Shown: positions 13,076 to 26,700 of the stretch, in pieces
Layout: the number at the start of each line of letters is the position of its first letter
Numbering within the stretch: the first letter of the stretch is position 1
Notes under the pieces: generated by a model
Seen by the model: only the letters and a program-made list of their open reading frames with translations
Database searches by the model: none
Told to the model about the DNA's origin: nothing
Translations under genes and position numbers: made by a program
NCBI RefSeq assembly: GCF_964204645.1
Contig: NC_134033.1
Coordinates: forward strand, 3,058,131 to 3,122,130
Length of the DNA stretch: 64,000 nt
Reading direction: 5' to 3'
From: Tubulanus polymorphus
Taxonomy: Eukaryota; Animalia; Nemertea

Positions 13076-16000
13076 ATGCAGCGAATGAAAGCGTTGTTCG
13101 TAGTTTTACTGATCGCTTGCGGAGACTGTATATTTACGCGGGCTGATCGCGCAAACTCTGTCGAGGAAGCCGCGTCTGTTACAGTCAGTTCATCTTGTAA
13201 CAACACTCAATACTCCGTCGATTCTACGTCTGGTTACATCGTTTCACCGAACTATCCGTCGTTAGTGCGCGGTGTTGAATGTCGTTGGTTCGTCAACAGC
13301 TCTTTACCGGGAAGTTTTCTCGTTCAAGTTTACTACGACATCGAGCCGTCGATATTCTGTAACGAAAACTACCTTCTCATCGGTGAGTCCGAAAACAAAC
13401 TCTGCGCTACCGGAAGAAAACAACTAGATATCTGCAGTAACGATTTGATTTCGTTGTTGTTTAGGAGTAACGTCGATGGAGCACGAGGTAGTCGGGTTTA
13501 TATCATATATCGTTTTGAAGAACAGAGTCGCTTGAAAATCGTACATAAATGCTCAAAGCGTGCGGTTAAAGAATTACCAACTCAAACAGGTTATGAATTC
13601 ATGATTTCTACCCGGCGATGTAAATTGTTGTTAGAATGGATCGGGATGCCAGACGGGTTTGCAATGAATTTAACGTTTATAGAGATAGATTTCAGATTAT
13701 ATCCCGGTGAGGATCCGATGAAAACTCGTCCTCAAATTTACGACGGATGGAACAGCACCAGTGAACCTATAGCTCTTATACGAGAACAAACCGGACATCC
13801 GCCTTCATCGTTTTATACTAAAACTAATAAAGCACGTATTGATTTTTTGTCAAGTAGAGTTAAGTCGCAGTTACTCGTGCAAGTTTACAAAATATCAGAT
13901 TGGAAAATCTCTAACCCGTTAATTCAAGTCTATGATAAATCAGGACTGCTCACTACAATTGATGGAATACCACATATAGTAACTCAGTCTAAACACTTAT
14001 ACTGCTGGTCTATCACAGTCGATGTTCTGCAGTACGTCGTCTTCAACTGGACACGTGATCTCGTCTCGTCACCAGGTGTCGTTGGTGTATATAAACAGGA
14101 AGGGTTACGTATTGTGAGAACTGATATTGTACTCAGTTTTAACCATCTTAAATCTCTGAGTGTAAAATCAGACGGATCTCTCGTGATTCTGTGCGTTTTT
14201 ACGACATCGGATTTTGTAAGATCGAATTTGAAAATAGAATTTGAGGTGAAATCAATGACAATATCAGACGTCTACGTCAACAAGCCATGGATACGGGTAA
14301 GTTTGTTATAATGATTTGTAAATTGGGTTCGTGTAATAGAATCATTGTAAATTGTTGTATTGTTCAACGTGATAAAACTACGCAATAAATCGCGAGAGAC
14401 GAATGAAATATAAGTCCCACAATCACAGCATCAAAACAGATTTTAAAACTACTAAAATTTATTCAAAACCTCAAATTTTCGGTTTTATGCTAAAAACTAT
14501 TTTCAAGAATGCACATAAAAACTAGGTGATATTGACCAGAGAGGAAACAGGGACAAACATTTTATTATGGGGGGGGGGATTGTAAACGTAAAAATTGATA
14601 GTAAACGTTCAATGCTGTTATCAATTCTCTTATATTTCAGAATGATGCAGGCGTGACATCAATATCGGCTGTTCACTTGTTCCCGAAATCAAAGAATACA
14701 TTGTATCGTGTAACTACATTACAACTAAACTGGAAAGTGAACATCTATGAAGAACAGTTGAAACTATCAGTGCTATCAGAAAAATGTGATCGAGCTGGTT
14801 TTTATATGTTTGATGGTAGTAATTTCACAGCTAGACGCTATGGTCCGTATTGTCCTGGTTCATACTACGGTCGATCTGTCGTCAGCCTGATTACATCAGG
14901 TGGACCGGTTACTGTAGTAGCATACGCTTAATACAATGACAATCAGTTAACAGTCGGTGATCCTGTCTGGTCATCTCTACAATTTGCTCCTACTGATTGT
15001 GACGGTTATGGTCTACAGGAAGAAGAACGTCAGATCAATATGACGTCACACTGTCTCGTGATTACACCTGAAAATCGACGCCTTCGATTGAAAAATATTC
15101 ACATATTATCAGAACACGAATATCAAATTGACCGATGTTTTCTCAAGATGTTCTTGCGATGTGATCAGTTTCTGAGTTTGAGTAATCAGTTTCTTAATAA
15201 CAGTCTCGTATTAAACACTGTAGATTTCACAGGTAATGAGTTTGGATTCTGGCAATATCCACTAATAGTTGAACTACGTCGTAAATGTCTAGGAGTGAAA
15301 AAATCGGATAGTTTTGGATTTGCCGGTTCCCGTCTCCCAGTTACTACTAAAGATAAATGTGGACTCGTGCAGTCACCGAACTACCCGGGTTTGGCAAACC
15401 CTACATCAAAATCTATTTCCTATAAATTTGAAAACCCGATACAACAAAAAATATTTCAATATTACAGATTTATCGTCAAATTCATTGGACCCGTATCATG
15501 TGAAACAGACAGATTCGGTCGAAATGATCCGATCATTTTGATACAATCAATAAATTACGAACCATTTCTTAATGGGAAATATTTCAAAACCATAGAAACT
15601 CAACGTGAAACGAAAACATGTGAAAATAACGCGGTTCGTGGAATTATATTTTATAGTTTAACAGATAATACTTTGCGTTTTGAAGTAAACAATTTCATTC
15701 CGACATTTCAAATACAATACACTTTACACGAGTCGTTACCGATTAAACATTTCGATGATTTCTACTGTAAAGAAGGATTTCTGGATTCCGGAATTTCCTG
15801 CATCAAATTCATCAGAGATGAACGTCTGAATTGGGAGAACGCTGAAATATACTGTAGACAGAAGTACGCGGGACATCTACTCAGTATCAACTCAGAACAG
15901 GAAATGATTTCCATCAAAAGATTATTCGCTACAGAACTTCTCCGAATGGCGTACACATTAAAAGCGCTCATAATAATGGTTGGATTAAAATGGAAGGTAA

Positions 16001-19000
16001 GACTAATGTATTCAAATATGAATTAGAATAGGATGATTTTTAAAGATTATGATATGTTTCATTTTGTTCACGAAACAGAATGATGGTTATTACACGTGGA
16101 CTGACGGTAAACCATTGAGCTACACAGAGTGGTATAAACCTGTTATTAATGAAACGATACCAGAAGTTATTCGAGGATTGATACCTCCGCTAAGAAAACA
16201 GCCGATAAATGACGTCAATATGCCGTGTTCGGCGATGATACTGAATAATCCACGAGGATCAGCGAACTGGGTTCGATTCCCGTGTCAAATCGAGGAGACG
16301 CATACGACATTCATTTGTGAATCTGAGAGAATCGACTTCAAAAACAAACACAATTCAACGATAAACGATGCGAACAATTCAACAAATACAGACTTAAATA
16401 AAACCATAGATCAAATGATTCCCGATAATACTCTGATTAATTCAACCTGTCCAAGAGATTGGGTAACTATTTCCGGACAATGTTATCAAATACTAACCGA
16501 CTGGAAAAACAATCGTGGTTTGAATATTCGGAGTGCTAGAGAAATGTGTCACAGCATCCGCGCCGAAATAGTAAGAAACAACTTAAATATAGAAAGTGAT
16601 ATGAACAATTTGATCAACAAATTTCAATATCGCCATCAATATGGCGCTATACTGACAATGGACCGCGACGCATTTAAAGTTATCAAACCACTGGTGACCA
16701 GAAATGAAATTACTTATATTCAATCGGTTAAATGGTTATTGAAACCTTTCGATACAAAAGATAAAGTGCATTCCGTGTTGTGTAACTATAATGTAACTGG
16801 TGAAGAGTTAGCTTCTATAAGCGGTTGTAAATCGTGGCAGTTTGAATGTAACGATCAAAGATGTATCAGCGACCATCGCGTATGTGATACCAGACACGAC
16901 TGTCAACACGGTGAAGATGAACTCGATTGTACGGATATCAATTTACACAGTAAGTTCCGCTGTAACGATGGACAGGTTATATCGATTAGCGGTTTCTGTG
17001 ACTTTATTAGAGATTGCGTCGATGGCTCGGATGAGAACTCGTGCTATCATCCACCGTGTTTATCTACGCAATATCGCTGTTCCAATCACCAATGCATCGA
17101 TAGTTATAAACGATGTGACGGACTAGCCAACTGTGAAGACGGTTCCGATGAGATCGGATGCACTGCCGAAATTTGTCAGGGGTTCTCGTGCGCGGACGGT
17201 AAATGTATTAGTTCTCAGTTGTACCGGGATGGTGTCGTGGATTGTAGCGGAAGTCTCGAAGAAGACGAATTAGTCACTAATATTACAGTGAATCCCGAGG
17301 TTTACTGTAATAATGACAATCACTGTACGACTCGTTTCACAGATCTGTGCAAGGAATCGGATGAACAAAGATGTTCGTTCTATTCTCCTCGCTGTTATTC
17401 CCGATACGAAAGGTGTATTTTAGAAAGGATGCCGATTGGTTTTCCGGTATGTAGAAATCTTGAACATATACTCGCGTGTAATGACTTCGAATGCGCGGCT
17501 GGTACTGTAAAATGTCCGGCATCTTACTGTATACCGATCAGACACGTTTGTGACGGTCGATCCGATTGTCCTAATTCTGAAGATGAACGAAACTGCGAGA
17601 CTTGGTCGTGTCCGGGAATGTTTAAATGTGGCCAGGAAAACCGATGTATTCCGCAATCTGAAGTTTGCGACGGAGTCGTAAATTGTAAACATAACTCGGA
17701 TGACGAGTCATTCTGTAAGGTCACGTGTCCTGAGCGTTGTAATTGCCGGGGTCATTTCATCGATTGTGAAAATGCTCTATTATCAGATATTACTGGTCGG
17801 TTTATAGAATCAACTCGGGTTTTGATTTTGTCGAATAACCGAGTCGTATTTAACGAGTCGACGTTCAACTCTTTCATTTATCTTCGTTTTCTCGATATTT
17901 CGGACAATAATTTGTCTTACATCGTTCCAAACGCGTTTTCTAATCTAAATAATCTATACGCATTAGACCTTACACACAACCGCTTAACATCATTATCTGC
18001 TAATACATTCGCAGGTTTGATCGGTTTAAAACAACTATTTCTTATCGGAAATCCGCTGCAACATTTAGAAGACGGTAGTTTCCGAGGTCTGGCGTCACTG
18101 ATTGTTTTCGATCTTCACCGACTTTCTATATCGGTTCTCGGTGAAAATGTATTTAAAGGTTTATCCGCAATACAGTCGTTAAATATCAGCAGTAACAGAA
18201 TTCGTTATATTTCTAGCTATGCTTTTTCTGGACTGACTAAACTAGAAATTCTAGACCTCGTCAACAATTCCGAAGTAATATTTGTAAAAAGAAACGTTCT
18301 TGGCGATCTTACATCATTGAAATACCTCGCTTCGGATGCTTACAAATTTTGCTGCATGGCACCGAATGTTGACCGATGTCTTCCCGAAGCTGATCAATTT
18401 TCGACCTGCTCTGACCTGATGGGTAACGCTGTACTGAGGGCCATCATCTGGATGATCGCATCTTTCAGTTTTCTCGCTAACAGTATCGTTATTTTATTTC
18501 GCGTTCAAGCTTTGCGGATGGAATCCTCCGGAACACGTAACACATCTTCAGATGTCCTCATCATAAATATTGCCGGTTGTGATTTTCTGATGTCGGTCTA
18601 TTTGTTTTTGATCGCAGGAGCTGACCACGCGTTCAAAGGCGTTTATTATCTGAATTCTGAAACCTGGACGGATAGCTCATTATGTCGTCTCGCCGGGGTT
18701 ATTGTCACCGTTTCGTGCGAAGGTTCCTTAACTTTTCTCTTAATTCTAACGCGTCAGAGATATTCAAATATCGTCAACCCATTTTCTAGAAGTCCGATTA
18801 TAACTCCGAAATACGTTATCGGTATTTGCTGCATTTGTTGGCTCGTTATAAGCACGGTTTCTATTCTACCGCTGTCATCGTCGTCTTACTTCGGAGACAA
18901 TTTTTACGGTACAACTGGAGTTTGTTTGCCTATGAATTTACTGACGATCGACGTCAATGGCTGGCACTATTCATTCGCTATTTTTGCCTTGTTCAATGTG

Positions 19001-19330
19001 GCCATATTGGCTACGATAATGACGACGTACGCTCAGATGTATAGACTCGTATCTGGGAGTAGGTCGGGTTCGGGTAGAGCCGATCCTACCGAACTGGTTT
19101 TAGCTCGAAGGAGTTTAGTAATCAATCTGTGTAATCTATTTTGCTGGCTACCGATAATAATCGTTCAGTTTTGCGCCGTATTTTCGGTCGAGATACCGAA
19201 CCAGGTGGCCGCTTGGCTGGCCGTTCTATTTTTACCGATCAACTCGTCTCTGAATCCGCTTCTTTATACAATACTGACGATCGACATGAAATCAATTAGA
19301 ACGAGATATAAACGTCAACAAAAGAAGTAG
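13076..19330 (+). pseudogene. GRL101-like CUB/CTLD/LDLa/LRR GPCR, copy B: exons 13076-14296, 14641-15996, 16079-19330; one in-frame TAA at 14929-14931
   Basis: GT..AG phase-0 introns (GTAAGT 14297, TTTCAG 14640; GTAAGA 15997, AAACAG 16078) join the listed ORFs in frame to 1942 codons. The TAA stands where C and E have TAT (Tyr). It may be a null allele or a base error. Confidence 0.82.
16079..19330 (+). CDS. Copy B exon 3, uninterrupted: CTLD end, second CTLD-like domain, ~7 LDLa, LRRs, 7TM with distinct C-tail RTRYKRQQKK
   Basis: 1083 open codons colinear with exon 3 of copy E. Confidence 0.8.
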   Translation, partial: NDGYYTWTDGKPLSYTEWYKPVINETIPEVIRGLIPPLRKQPINDVNMPCSAMILNNPRGSANWVRFPCQIEETHTTFICESERIDFKNKHNSTINDANNSTNTDLNKTIDQMIPDNTLINSTCPRDWVTISGQCYQILTDWKNNRGLNIRSAREMCHSIRAEIVRNNLNIESDMNNLINKFQYRHQYGAILTMDRDAFKVIKPLVTRNEITYIQSVKWLLKPFDTKDKVHSVLCNYNVTGEELASISGCKSWQFECNDQRCISDHRVCDTRHDCQHGEDELDCTDINLHSKFRCNDGQVISISGFCDFIRDCVDGSDENSCYHPPCLSTQYRCSNHQCIDSYKRCDGLANCEDGSDEIGCTAEICQGFSCADGKCISSQLYRDGVVDCSGSLEEDELVTNITVNPEVYCNNDNHCTTRFTDLCKESDEQRCSFYSPRCYSRYERCILERMPIGFPVCRNLEHILACNDFECAAGTVKCPASYCIPIRHVCDGRSDCPNSEDERNCETWSCPGMFKCGQENRCIPQSEVCDGVVNCKHNSDDESFCKVTCPERCNCRGHFIDCENALLSDITGRFIESTRVLILSNNRVVFNESTFNSFIYLRFLDISDNNLSYIVPNAFSNLNNLYALDLTHNRLTSLSANTFAGLIGLKQLFLIGNPLQHLEDGSFRGLASLIVFDLHRLSISVLGENVFKGLSAIQSLNISSNRIRYISSYAFSGLTKLEILDLVNNSEVIFVKRNVLGDLTSLKYLASDAYKFCCMAPNVDRCLPEADQFSTCSDLMGNAVLRAIIWMIASFSFLANSIVILFRVQALRMESSGTRNTSSDVLIINIAGCDFLMSVYLFLIAGADHAFKGVYYLNSETWTDSSLCRLAGVIVTVSCEGSLTFLLILTRQRYSNIVNPFSRSPIITPKYVIGICCICWLVISTVSILPLSSSSYFGDNFYGTTGVCLPMNLLTIDVNGWHYSFAIFALFNVAILATIMTTYAQMYRLVSGSRSGSGRADPTELVLARRSLVINLCNLFCWLPIIIVQFCAVFSVEIPNQVAAWLAVLFLPINSSLNPLLYTILTIDMKSIRTRYKRQQKK

Positions 19331-19696
19331 ATTAAGAACACTTCAATAGCAATAAAGGAGCTTTTAAACGAATCGTTTTAGTGTTCATGGTCGCGCACCA
19401 AACTCTAGTAATGAATCTAAAGAACAAAGGACAGATATTAACGACGACCTTTGGGCCCATGGTCCATTCAGTTTTTATATCACTACTTTATCTACACAAT
19501 TCATATAAATTAGTGTTTTTTCGTAGCTATTAGATTCATTGTAGATTGTTTGTTGAATGCAATAGTATTTACTTCAGGTGTGGATTTAAGGGTGAGATCT
19601 CGGTGAGCCCTTTACTGGCCAGTGTAATTTAAATAGACGATTACATAGATGACGACTTATTTATCTATGAATGTATTCACCGATGTAGTGCGTGTT

Positions 19697-19722
19697 GCGT
19701 GCGTGCGTGCGTGCGTGCGTGC
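19697..19722. repeat. (GCGT)n microsatellite
   Basis: About 6 perfect units. Confidence 0.9.
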
Positions 19723-21109
19723 ATGCCCACATTTTCTTGTTACATTTTTGTCACTGTATATCATGCGATATCAATAATGTAATAATGTAACGACCTTATG
19801 AAAAATAAATACTATACTACTTTACTAAATATGCCACCAAATGAAAGTATTTTCAGCCACCACCGAACCGTATGGTGACCGATTCGGGATAACGAAATAG
19901 CCAAGTAAAATAAAGTGCAATATACCTCATGCAAAATATCATAAGCATTGAATATCATGACTGAAATATGCAATCAATTTTCAATAGAATACGAAGTCAA
20001 GTTTAATGCTTAAAAGACTATATATATTCACTATTCTATCTACTTGCTCTTTCCTGGCATGATTAAATCCTTGAAAATCAAATGCTTTATTTCAAGTTCA
20101 TATTATCAAAGTATCAAAAACTGGTATGCACTTGGGTTATATGATCGCTACCGATGAGACAGACTCTCAACGGATATACCACGCGATATGTGATTTAAAC
20201 AGAATAGCAGATTTATTTCTCTCACAATTTAGTCATGTTAACCCCTTTATCAGATTTAATTTCGAAAGATGACTATATTCGAGTATATTGGGGCGTTGCT
20301 CGCCACAGTTACATTTTCGGTAATCGGGTGATGATTCGAAGCGTTCGGGTTCAACAGGTTTAAAGTTTATGATTATTTTTCCTAGTTTAATTTCGGTCAC
20401 GATACAGTTGGATTGACAGGTACTTTCGTTGTTGATCACGCGTAATCAGTTATCATACTAGAACACTAATTCTCCATCTATCCGCTAATTCTGGACGATG
20501 AACAAATTGAAATTTGTTTTTAATGGCTCACAGAATTGAGTCAAAACGTCTCTTAGTTTTTCTTCTAACTGTGGGCTTATCAAAGAACAGTTTGCAGAGT
20601 TAGGCTATAGATAATGCTTTGGTACGATCCTCAGGAAATGACGGAAATAGTTTTTCCATATCAACCACTTTTGCGGGTAGAAGCCGAATGGATGCTCCAT
20701 CTTTTAGTTTTTTGTAGAGTTCCAATTCCTAGAGACCCAGTTTCATTAACTGAATATTTTGGTTTAATCGCTTTCAATGCGGAAAAAAAATTCAAACTCA
20801 ACCGCGATTTAAAGTTAGAACTTTTTCATAAATATTTTGCCGTTTTCGTATAAGCAAGTAAATTCCTTTAGGTAAGCGATGTTGTTATTCAGCCATATGA
20901 ACTGTTCAAACCCGTCTGTTTTACGGTACCGAGTATCCATTGTATTACGTACGTTTAATGCGGGTATCAGTTTGTATCCATGGAACCACATCGCTTCAAG
21001 CGATCACTACTGAAAGGCTGCTGATTGAATGTATCTAACGTCGGGTGCAGTTCATTTTTTACGGGGTGATAAATATTACAAGAATTTTCGTCTCGCATCC
21101 AAATATGTG

Positions 21110-22830
21110 TAAAATCTAATGGTTTTAGTCTCAGACAATAGAGCGGGTTAAAACAAATACATGTAGTTTGTAAGATCTAATATGCAAAGTCAAGTTGTTT
21201 ATATACCGATAAAACGTAAGACTCTTCGTAACTCTTGGAAATAAACACTTCGAACACAATAATTAGAATCATTACATCCAATGATGCCAGTCAAATTTCT
21301 ATGGTTTAGCTTAAATTCAAACGCAAATCGCTGGTCACATTTCATCCGAGTTCAGATTGAGTCTACTGTATTTTAGTTTGCTATAACGAGGGTCCAACTA
21401 AGATTAAATCTAACCTAACGTCAGTGTCCTAAAGAGAAACAATTTAAAATCTCTCCTCACCGGTTTATGTGAGCAGTTTTTCGATTATCTTTTCCTTGAA
21501 GAGATTTCAGCTCACATATGAGTCCTCTATCAGACCAGGTTGTTTTAGTAAGTACACACTTGATGCAATCAGGTCCTGATGAAGTGAGGAAGTTCTGGAA
21601 TCTGGAAAGTGTATTAATTTGACGGTTTAGTCAACGCGCATTGGCGGCAATCAGATTCTACACAGGAAGATCGTCTCTGAAAAAGCAACCTAGCGTTTAA
21701 TTAGACTTGAATCAGCTTGAATCCGACCTATGTTAAGTTTTACATTTAGATTTGAAGTTAAATTGTCCGCTCACCAATTCATGAGTGGAACTTCATGGAT
21801 TATTTCGATCAGTTGTCGTTTCATTGGGAGATGTGACACCCAAGCTACAGCACTAATATCTGTCCGGCCTTGTTGGTTCAGTCAGCAAACATTGACAGCA
21901 ATCAGATCATGAGAGAAGTAGAGCTTATCTGAAAAACAGTACCAGTATAAATCTCAATGATAATATTTAATTTGCCTCGATACATGCACATTGTAATCTG
22001 TTATAGCCAGTATTAAAAACCTACAAATCTACTCACCAACAATTTATGTGTGAAGCATCATTAATTATCTCAAAAATGTTTGGAGATCACAGCGTCGGTT
22101 TACTCAGCTTCGGGGTATTGACAGCAATCAGGTCCTCAGTGAGCAATGGCTGATCTGAAAAACAACAATTTCATATTTCAGTTCTGACTGGTAGAATCAA
22201 TGTTTAAGTTTAGGTTGGATGCCCGAGTGAGAACCCAGAGACAGAGAGTCAACTAGAATAATTTATCCATGAGATGAAAACTGTCGAAAGCATCCCTCGG
22301 CAACTTCGCAAAATTAGTATTTAGATTACTGGACCTAATAATTGACAAAAAGCTTATAGATCTCCCTTTTTACTAACCTAACCTCACGTATAAGGACTGG
22401 ACATATATGCGCGTGTATAGTGAATTCAACGTATGTTACGAATAAGTATTCAATTATTTCAAAAACCGAGGACAATAACAGGACACAATATAAACTAAGT
22501 TTGACATAATATGCGGATCAATGGACACGAGAACCACTGGCTAAATAATACCGGACTGACCCTGTTAATAAATTCAACTTCAATTCCCTAACTGATATAT
22601 GAAGTAGATATAATATCAGATATTCTCTAACAGTCCTCGTTAAAATGATAGTTCTATGCAGTAAATTAAATCCTTTCAAAATTGAATTGAAAGAAAAATC
22701 AGTTTGCAACACAATTTATCAATCACATTTCCATTATCTATGACTCGAATTTTCACAGGAATCAAACACGAATCTTAGAACTATTTGCAATTGATTATTA
22801 CATAAGATAAATTAAGATGATATCATCATA
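21110..22830 (-). repeat. Repeated multi-exon-like non-coding unit, copy 1 (head-to-head with receptor C)
   Basis: Homologous to 30575-32000 (same strand) and to 38060-39230 and 62200-63420 (opposite strand); keeps GTGAG donors and TTTTTCAG acceptors on the minus strand; internal GACCTGATTGC repeats. Confidence 0.7.
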
Positions 22831-23057
22831 GGAAATATGCAATAAATTCAATTAATCAAATCTTCATTGTCTGTAATATAAATAACATTTTCAATTTTCA
22901 ACTCGAATTGTCACTGAAATTAAACACGAATCTTATCATAAAAAATAAGATTAACATTATATAATCATAGTAAATATGCAATAAATTCAATTAATCGAAT
23001 GTCCATTGTCTGTAACTTGAATTATCACTGAATTCGAAGAAATGTCTTAGAACTATC

Positions 23058-23218
23058 TAACTTTCTCTTAATTCTGAATATCGCATATATCTAAATATCG
23101 TCAACCCGTTTTTTAGAAGTCCGATTATAACTCCGAAATACGTTATCGGTATTTGTTGCATTTGTTGGGTCGTTATAAGCACGGTTTCTATTCTACCGCT
23201 GTCATCCGAGTCTTACTT
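23058..23218 (+). pseudogene. Fragment of receptor TM3-ICL2-TM4 coding sequence upstream of copy C
   Basis: Matches 7TM coding sequence AATATCGTCAACCCGTTTT...TCTTACTT. Confidence 0.88.
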
Positions 23219-23734
23219 GGTTGATGTTGGTTCTCCGATTAAGTCCTCACCCGCCAGAATCAGATTTCAATGCGCTTCACTTAGCTTCAACTCAGTTATT
23301 ATATTGACTGTAGAGTGTGAATTGTCAAAACAGATGTTGACGAAATGTTTTACAGAGACGCAGAATATATTGAGGTATAGATAGAAAATGTCATAGAATA
23401 TTATCACAAACTGAACGCAGTTCGGGAGCGACTGTAAAATTTTATAGAGAAATAATTGCACACGATTATAAAAACGATATATTAAAACACGTCTAAATTT
23501 AGAAACCGCGGTAATTACAGCGAAACCGAGAACAGATGAAAGTTTTACAAATACGAGACTGGCGCCAGTTTGATGGGCGGATTTTTTTACAAAATAATTG
23601 GACTCTGGATCAATTCGTCAACTTCTGCCATTTGCGAATTCGTCATTACTTTGCAGCTACTCTTATGAGAAATGTCGCGCAAACTTAGAAATAGTTAGAA
23701 ATGTGTTTGTTTTGAAGCGTGAATTGCGTTCAAT

Positions 23735-26700
23735 ATGCCGCGAATGAAAGCGTTGTTCGTAGTTTTACTGATCGCTTGCGGAGACTGTATATTTACGCGG
23801 GCTGATCGCGCAAACTCTGTCCAGGAATCCGCGTCTGTTACAGTCAGTTCATCTTGTAACAACACTCAATACTCCGTCGATTCTACGTCTGGTTACATCG
23901 TTTCACCGAACTATCCGTCGTTAGTGCGCGGTGTCGATTGTCGTTGGTTCGTCAACAGCTCTTTACCGGGAAGTTTTCTCGTTCAAGTTTACTACGACAT
24001 CGAGCCGTCGATATTCTGTAACGAAAACTATCTTGTCGTCGGTGAGTCCGACAACAAACTCTGCGCTACCGGAAGAAAACAACTAGATATCCGCAGTAAC
24101 GATTTGATTTCGTTGTTGTTTAGGAGTAACGTCGATGGAGCGCGAGGTAGTCGGGTTTATATCATATATCGTTTTGAAGAACAGAGTCGCTTGAAGATCT
24201 TACATACATGTTCAAAACATGCAGTTAACAAAATACCAACTGAAACAGGTTATGAATTTATGATTTCTGTCTGGCGATGTAAATTGTTGTTAGAATGGAT
24301 CGGGATGCCAGACGGGTTTGCAATGAATTTAACGTTTATACAGATAGATTTCAGATTATATCCAGGTGAGGATCCGATGAAAACTCGTCCTCAAATTTAC
24401 GACGGATGGAACAGCACCAATGAACCTATAGCTCTTATACGAGAACAAACCGGACATCCACCTTCATCGTTTTATACTAAAACTAATAAAGCACGTATTG
24501 AATTCATTTCAACTAGATCTTGGTTTAAGTCGCAGTTACTCGTGCAAGTTTACAAAATATCAGATTGGAACATCTATAACCCGTTAATTCAAGTCTATGG
24601 TAAATCAGGACTGCTCACTACAATTGATGGAATACCACATATAGTAACTCAGTCTAAACACTTATACTGCTGGTCTATCACAGTCGATGTTCTGCAGTAC
24701 GTCGTCTTCAACTGGACACGTGATCTCGTCTCGTCACCAGGTGTCGTTGGTGTATATAAACAGGAAGGGTTACGTATTGTGAGAACTGATATTTTACTCA
24801 GTTTTAACCATCTTAAATCTCTGAGTGTAAAATCAGACGGATTTCTCGTGATTCTGTGCGTTTTAACGACATCGGATTATTCGAGATCGAATTTGAAAAT
24901 AGAATTTGAAGTGAAATCAATCACAATATCAGACATCTACGTCAACAAACCATGGATAGAGGTAAGACTGTTAAAGTGATTAATGTGATTTAGTTTTTTT
25001 TATAATAGATTGTTTGTAATGATCATTGATTTTTATGAAAATTTTGGCAATTTCGACCAATCAACAATACAGGGAAACTTTGAATGATCATGTTATTTGC
25101 TACATTAATTGTCGATATATTCGAACACACATGTAAATCAGTTTGTATGATAAGGAAAATCTATGATTTCAATTAATAACATTTCATCAAAGACACGATG
25201 TAGTGAAATTCGATCAAGTCATTCATTGAATTTCTTAAAGCATAATTTGTTTAAAAAATCAAATTTCGAATAACATCGATTTCTATAAATTCAAAAGGAG
25301 AATTATATATGGGCGAATTTGAGTTTAACTGCATCACTTAATAATCAGAATAATCAATATGTTATGTATTTCAGGTTAATAAGTCTAACTCATTGCACCA
25401 TTACAACATGTTCCCGAATTCAAAGAATACATTGTATCGTGTGAATACATTACAACTAAACTGGAAAGTGAACATCTATGAAAAACGGTTGAAACTAACA
25501 GTGCTATCAGAAAACTGTGATCGAGCTGGTTTTTATATATTTGATGGTAGTAATTTCACAGCTAGACGCTATGGTCCGTATTGTCCGGGTTCATACTCCG
25601 GTCGATCTGTCGTCAGCCTGATTACATCAGGTGGACCGGTTACTGTAGTAGCATACGCTTATTACTATAACAATCAGTTAACAGTTGGTAGCTCATATTT
25701 TAAATTTGCTCCTACTGATTGTGATGGTTATGTTCTACAGGAAGAAGAACGTCAGATCAATATGACGTCACACTGTCTCGTGATTACACCTGAAAATCGA
25801 CGCCTTCGCTTGAAAAATATTCACATATTATCAGAACACGAATATCAAATTGACCGATGTCAGATCACGTTGCCGCCACTAGAGTGTAATCGTTATCTGA
25901 GTTTGAGTAATCGGTTTCTTAATAATAGTCTCACCTTAAACACTGTTAAGTTCATAGAAAATGAGTTTGGATTTTGGGGGTATCGGCTAATAGTTAAACT
26001 ACGTCGTTAATGTTTAGGAGTGAAGGAAGTTGACGTATTCGATATACTTAACCTTGAGGAAACTAATGATGAATGTGGACTCGTGCAGTCACCGAACTAC
26101 CCGAGTTGGGCAGGACGTACATCAGAATCTAAATATTATACATTTGAAAACCCGATACAACAGAATATATTTCAATATTACAGATTTATTGTCAAATTTA
26201 TTGGATCGGTTTCATGTAAAGCAAACAATCAAAAAGCAAATGATCCAATAATATTGAACCAGTTTATTCATTACAAGTCATTCCTACATGGAAAAACTAT
26301 TAGAACCCAACATGATACTAAGATATGTGAAAATAACGCGGTTCGTGGACTTATATTTTATAGTTTAACAGATAATACTCTGCGTTTTGAAGTAAAGAAT
26401 AATATCCCCACCTTTCAAATACAATACACTTTACACGAGTCGTTACCGATTAAACATTTCGATGATTTCTACTGTAAACAAGGATTTCTGGATTCCGGAA
26501 TTTCCTGCATCAAATTCACCAGAGATGAACGTCTGAATTGGGAGAACGCTGAAATATACTGTAGACAGAAGTACGTGGGACATCTACTCAGTATCAACTC
26601 AGAACAGGAAATGATTTCCATCAAAAGATTATTCGCTACACGACTTCTCCGAATAGCGTACACATTAAAAGCGCTCATAATAATGATTGGATTGAAATGG

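Noticed and set aside
21575-21612. CTGATGA...GAAA hammerhead-like string in the repeated unit
   Set aside because: No stem II can form between the boxes.
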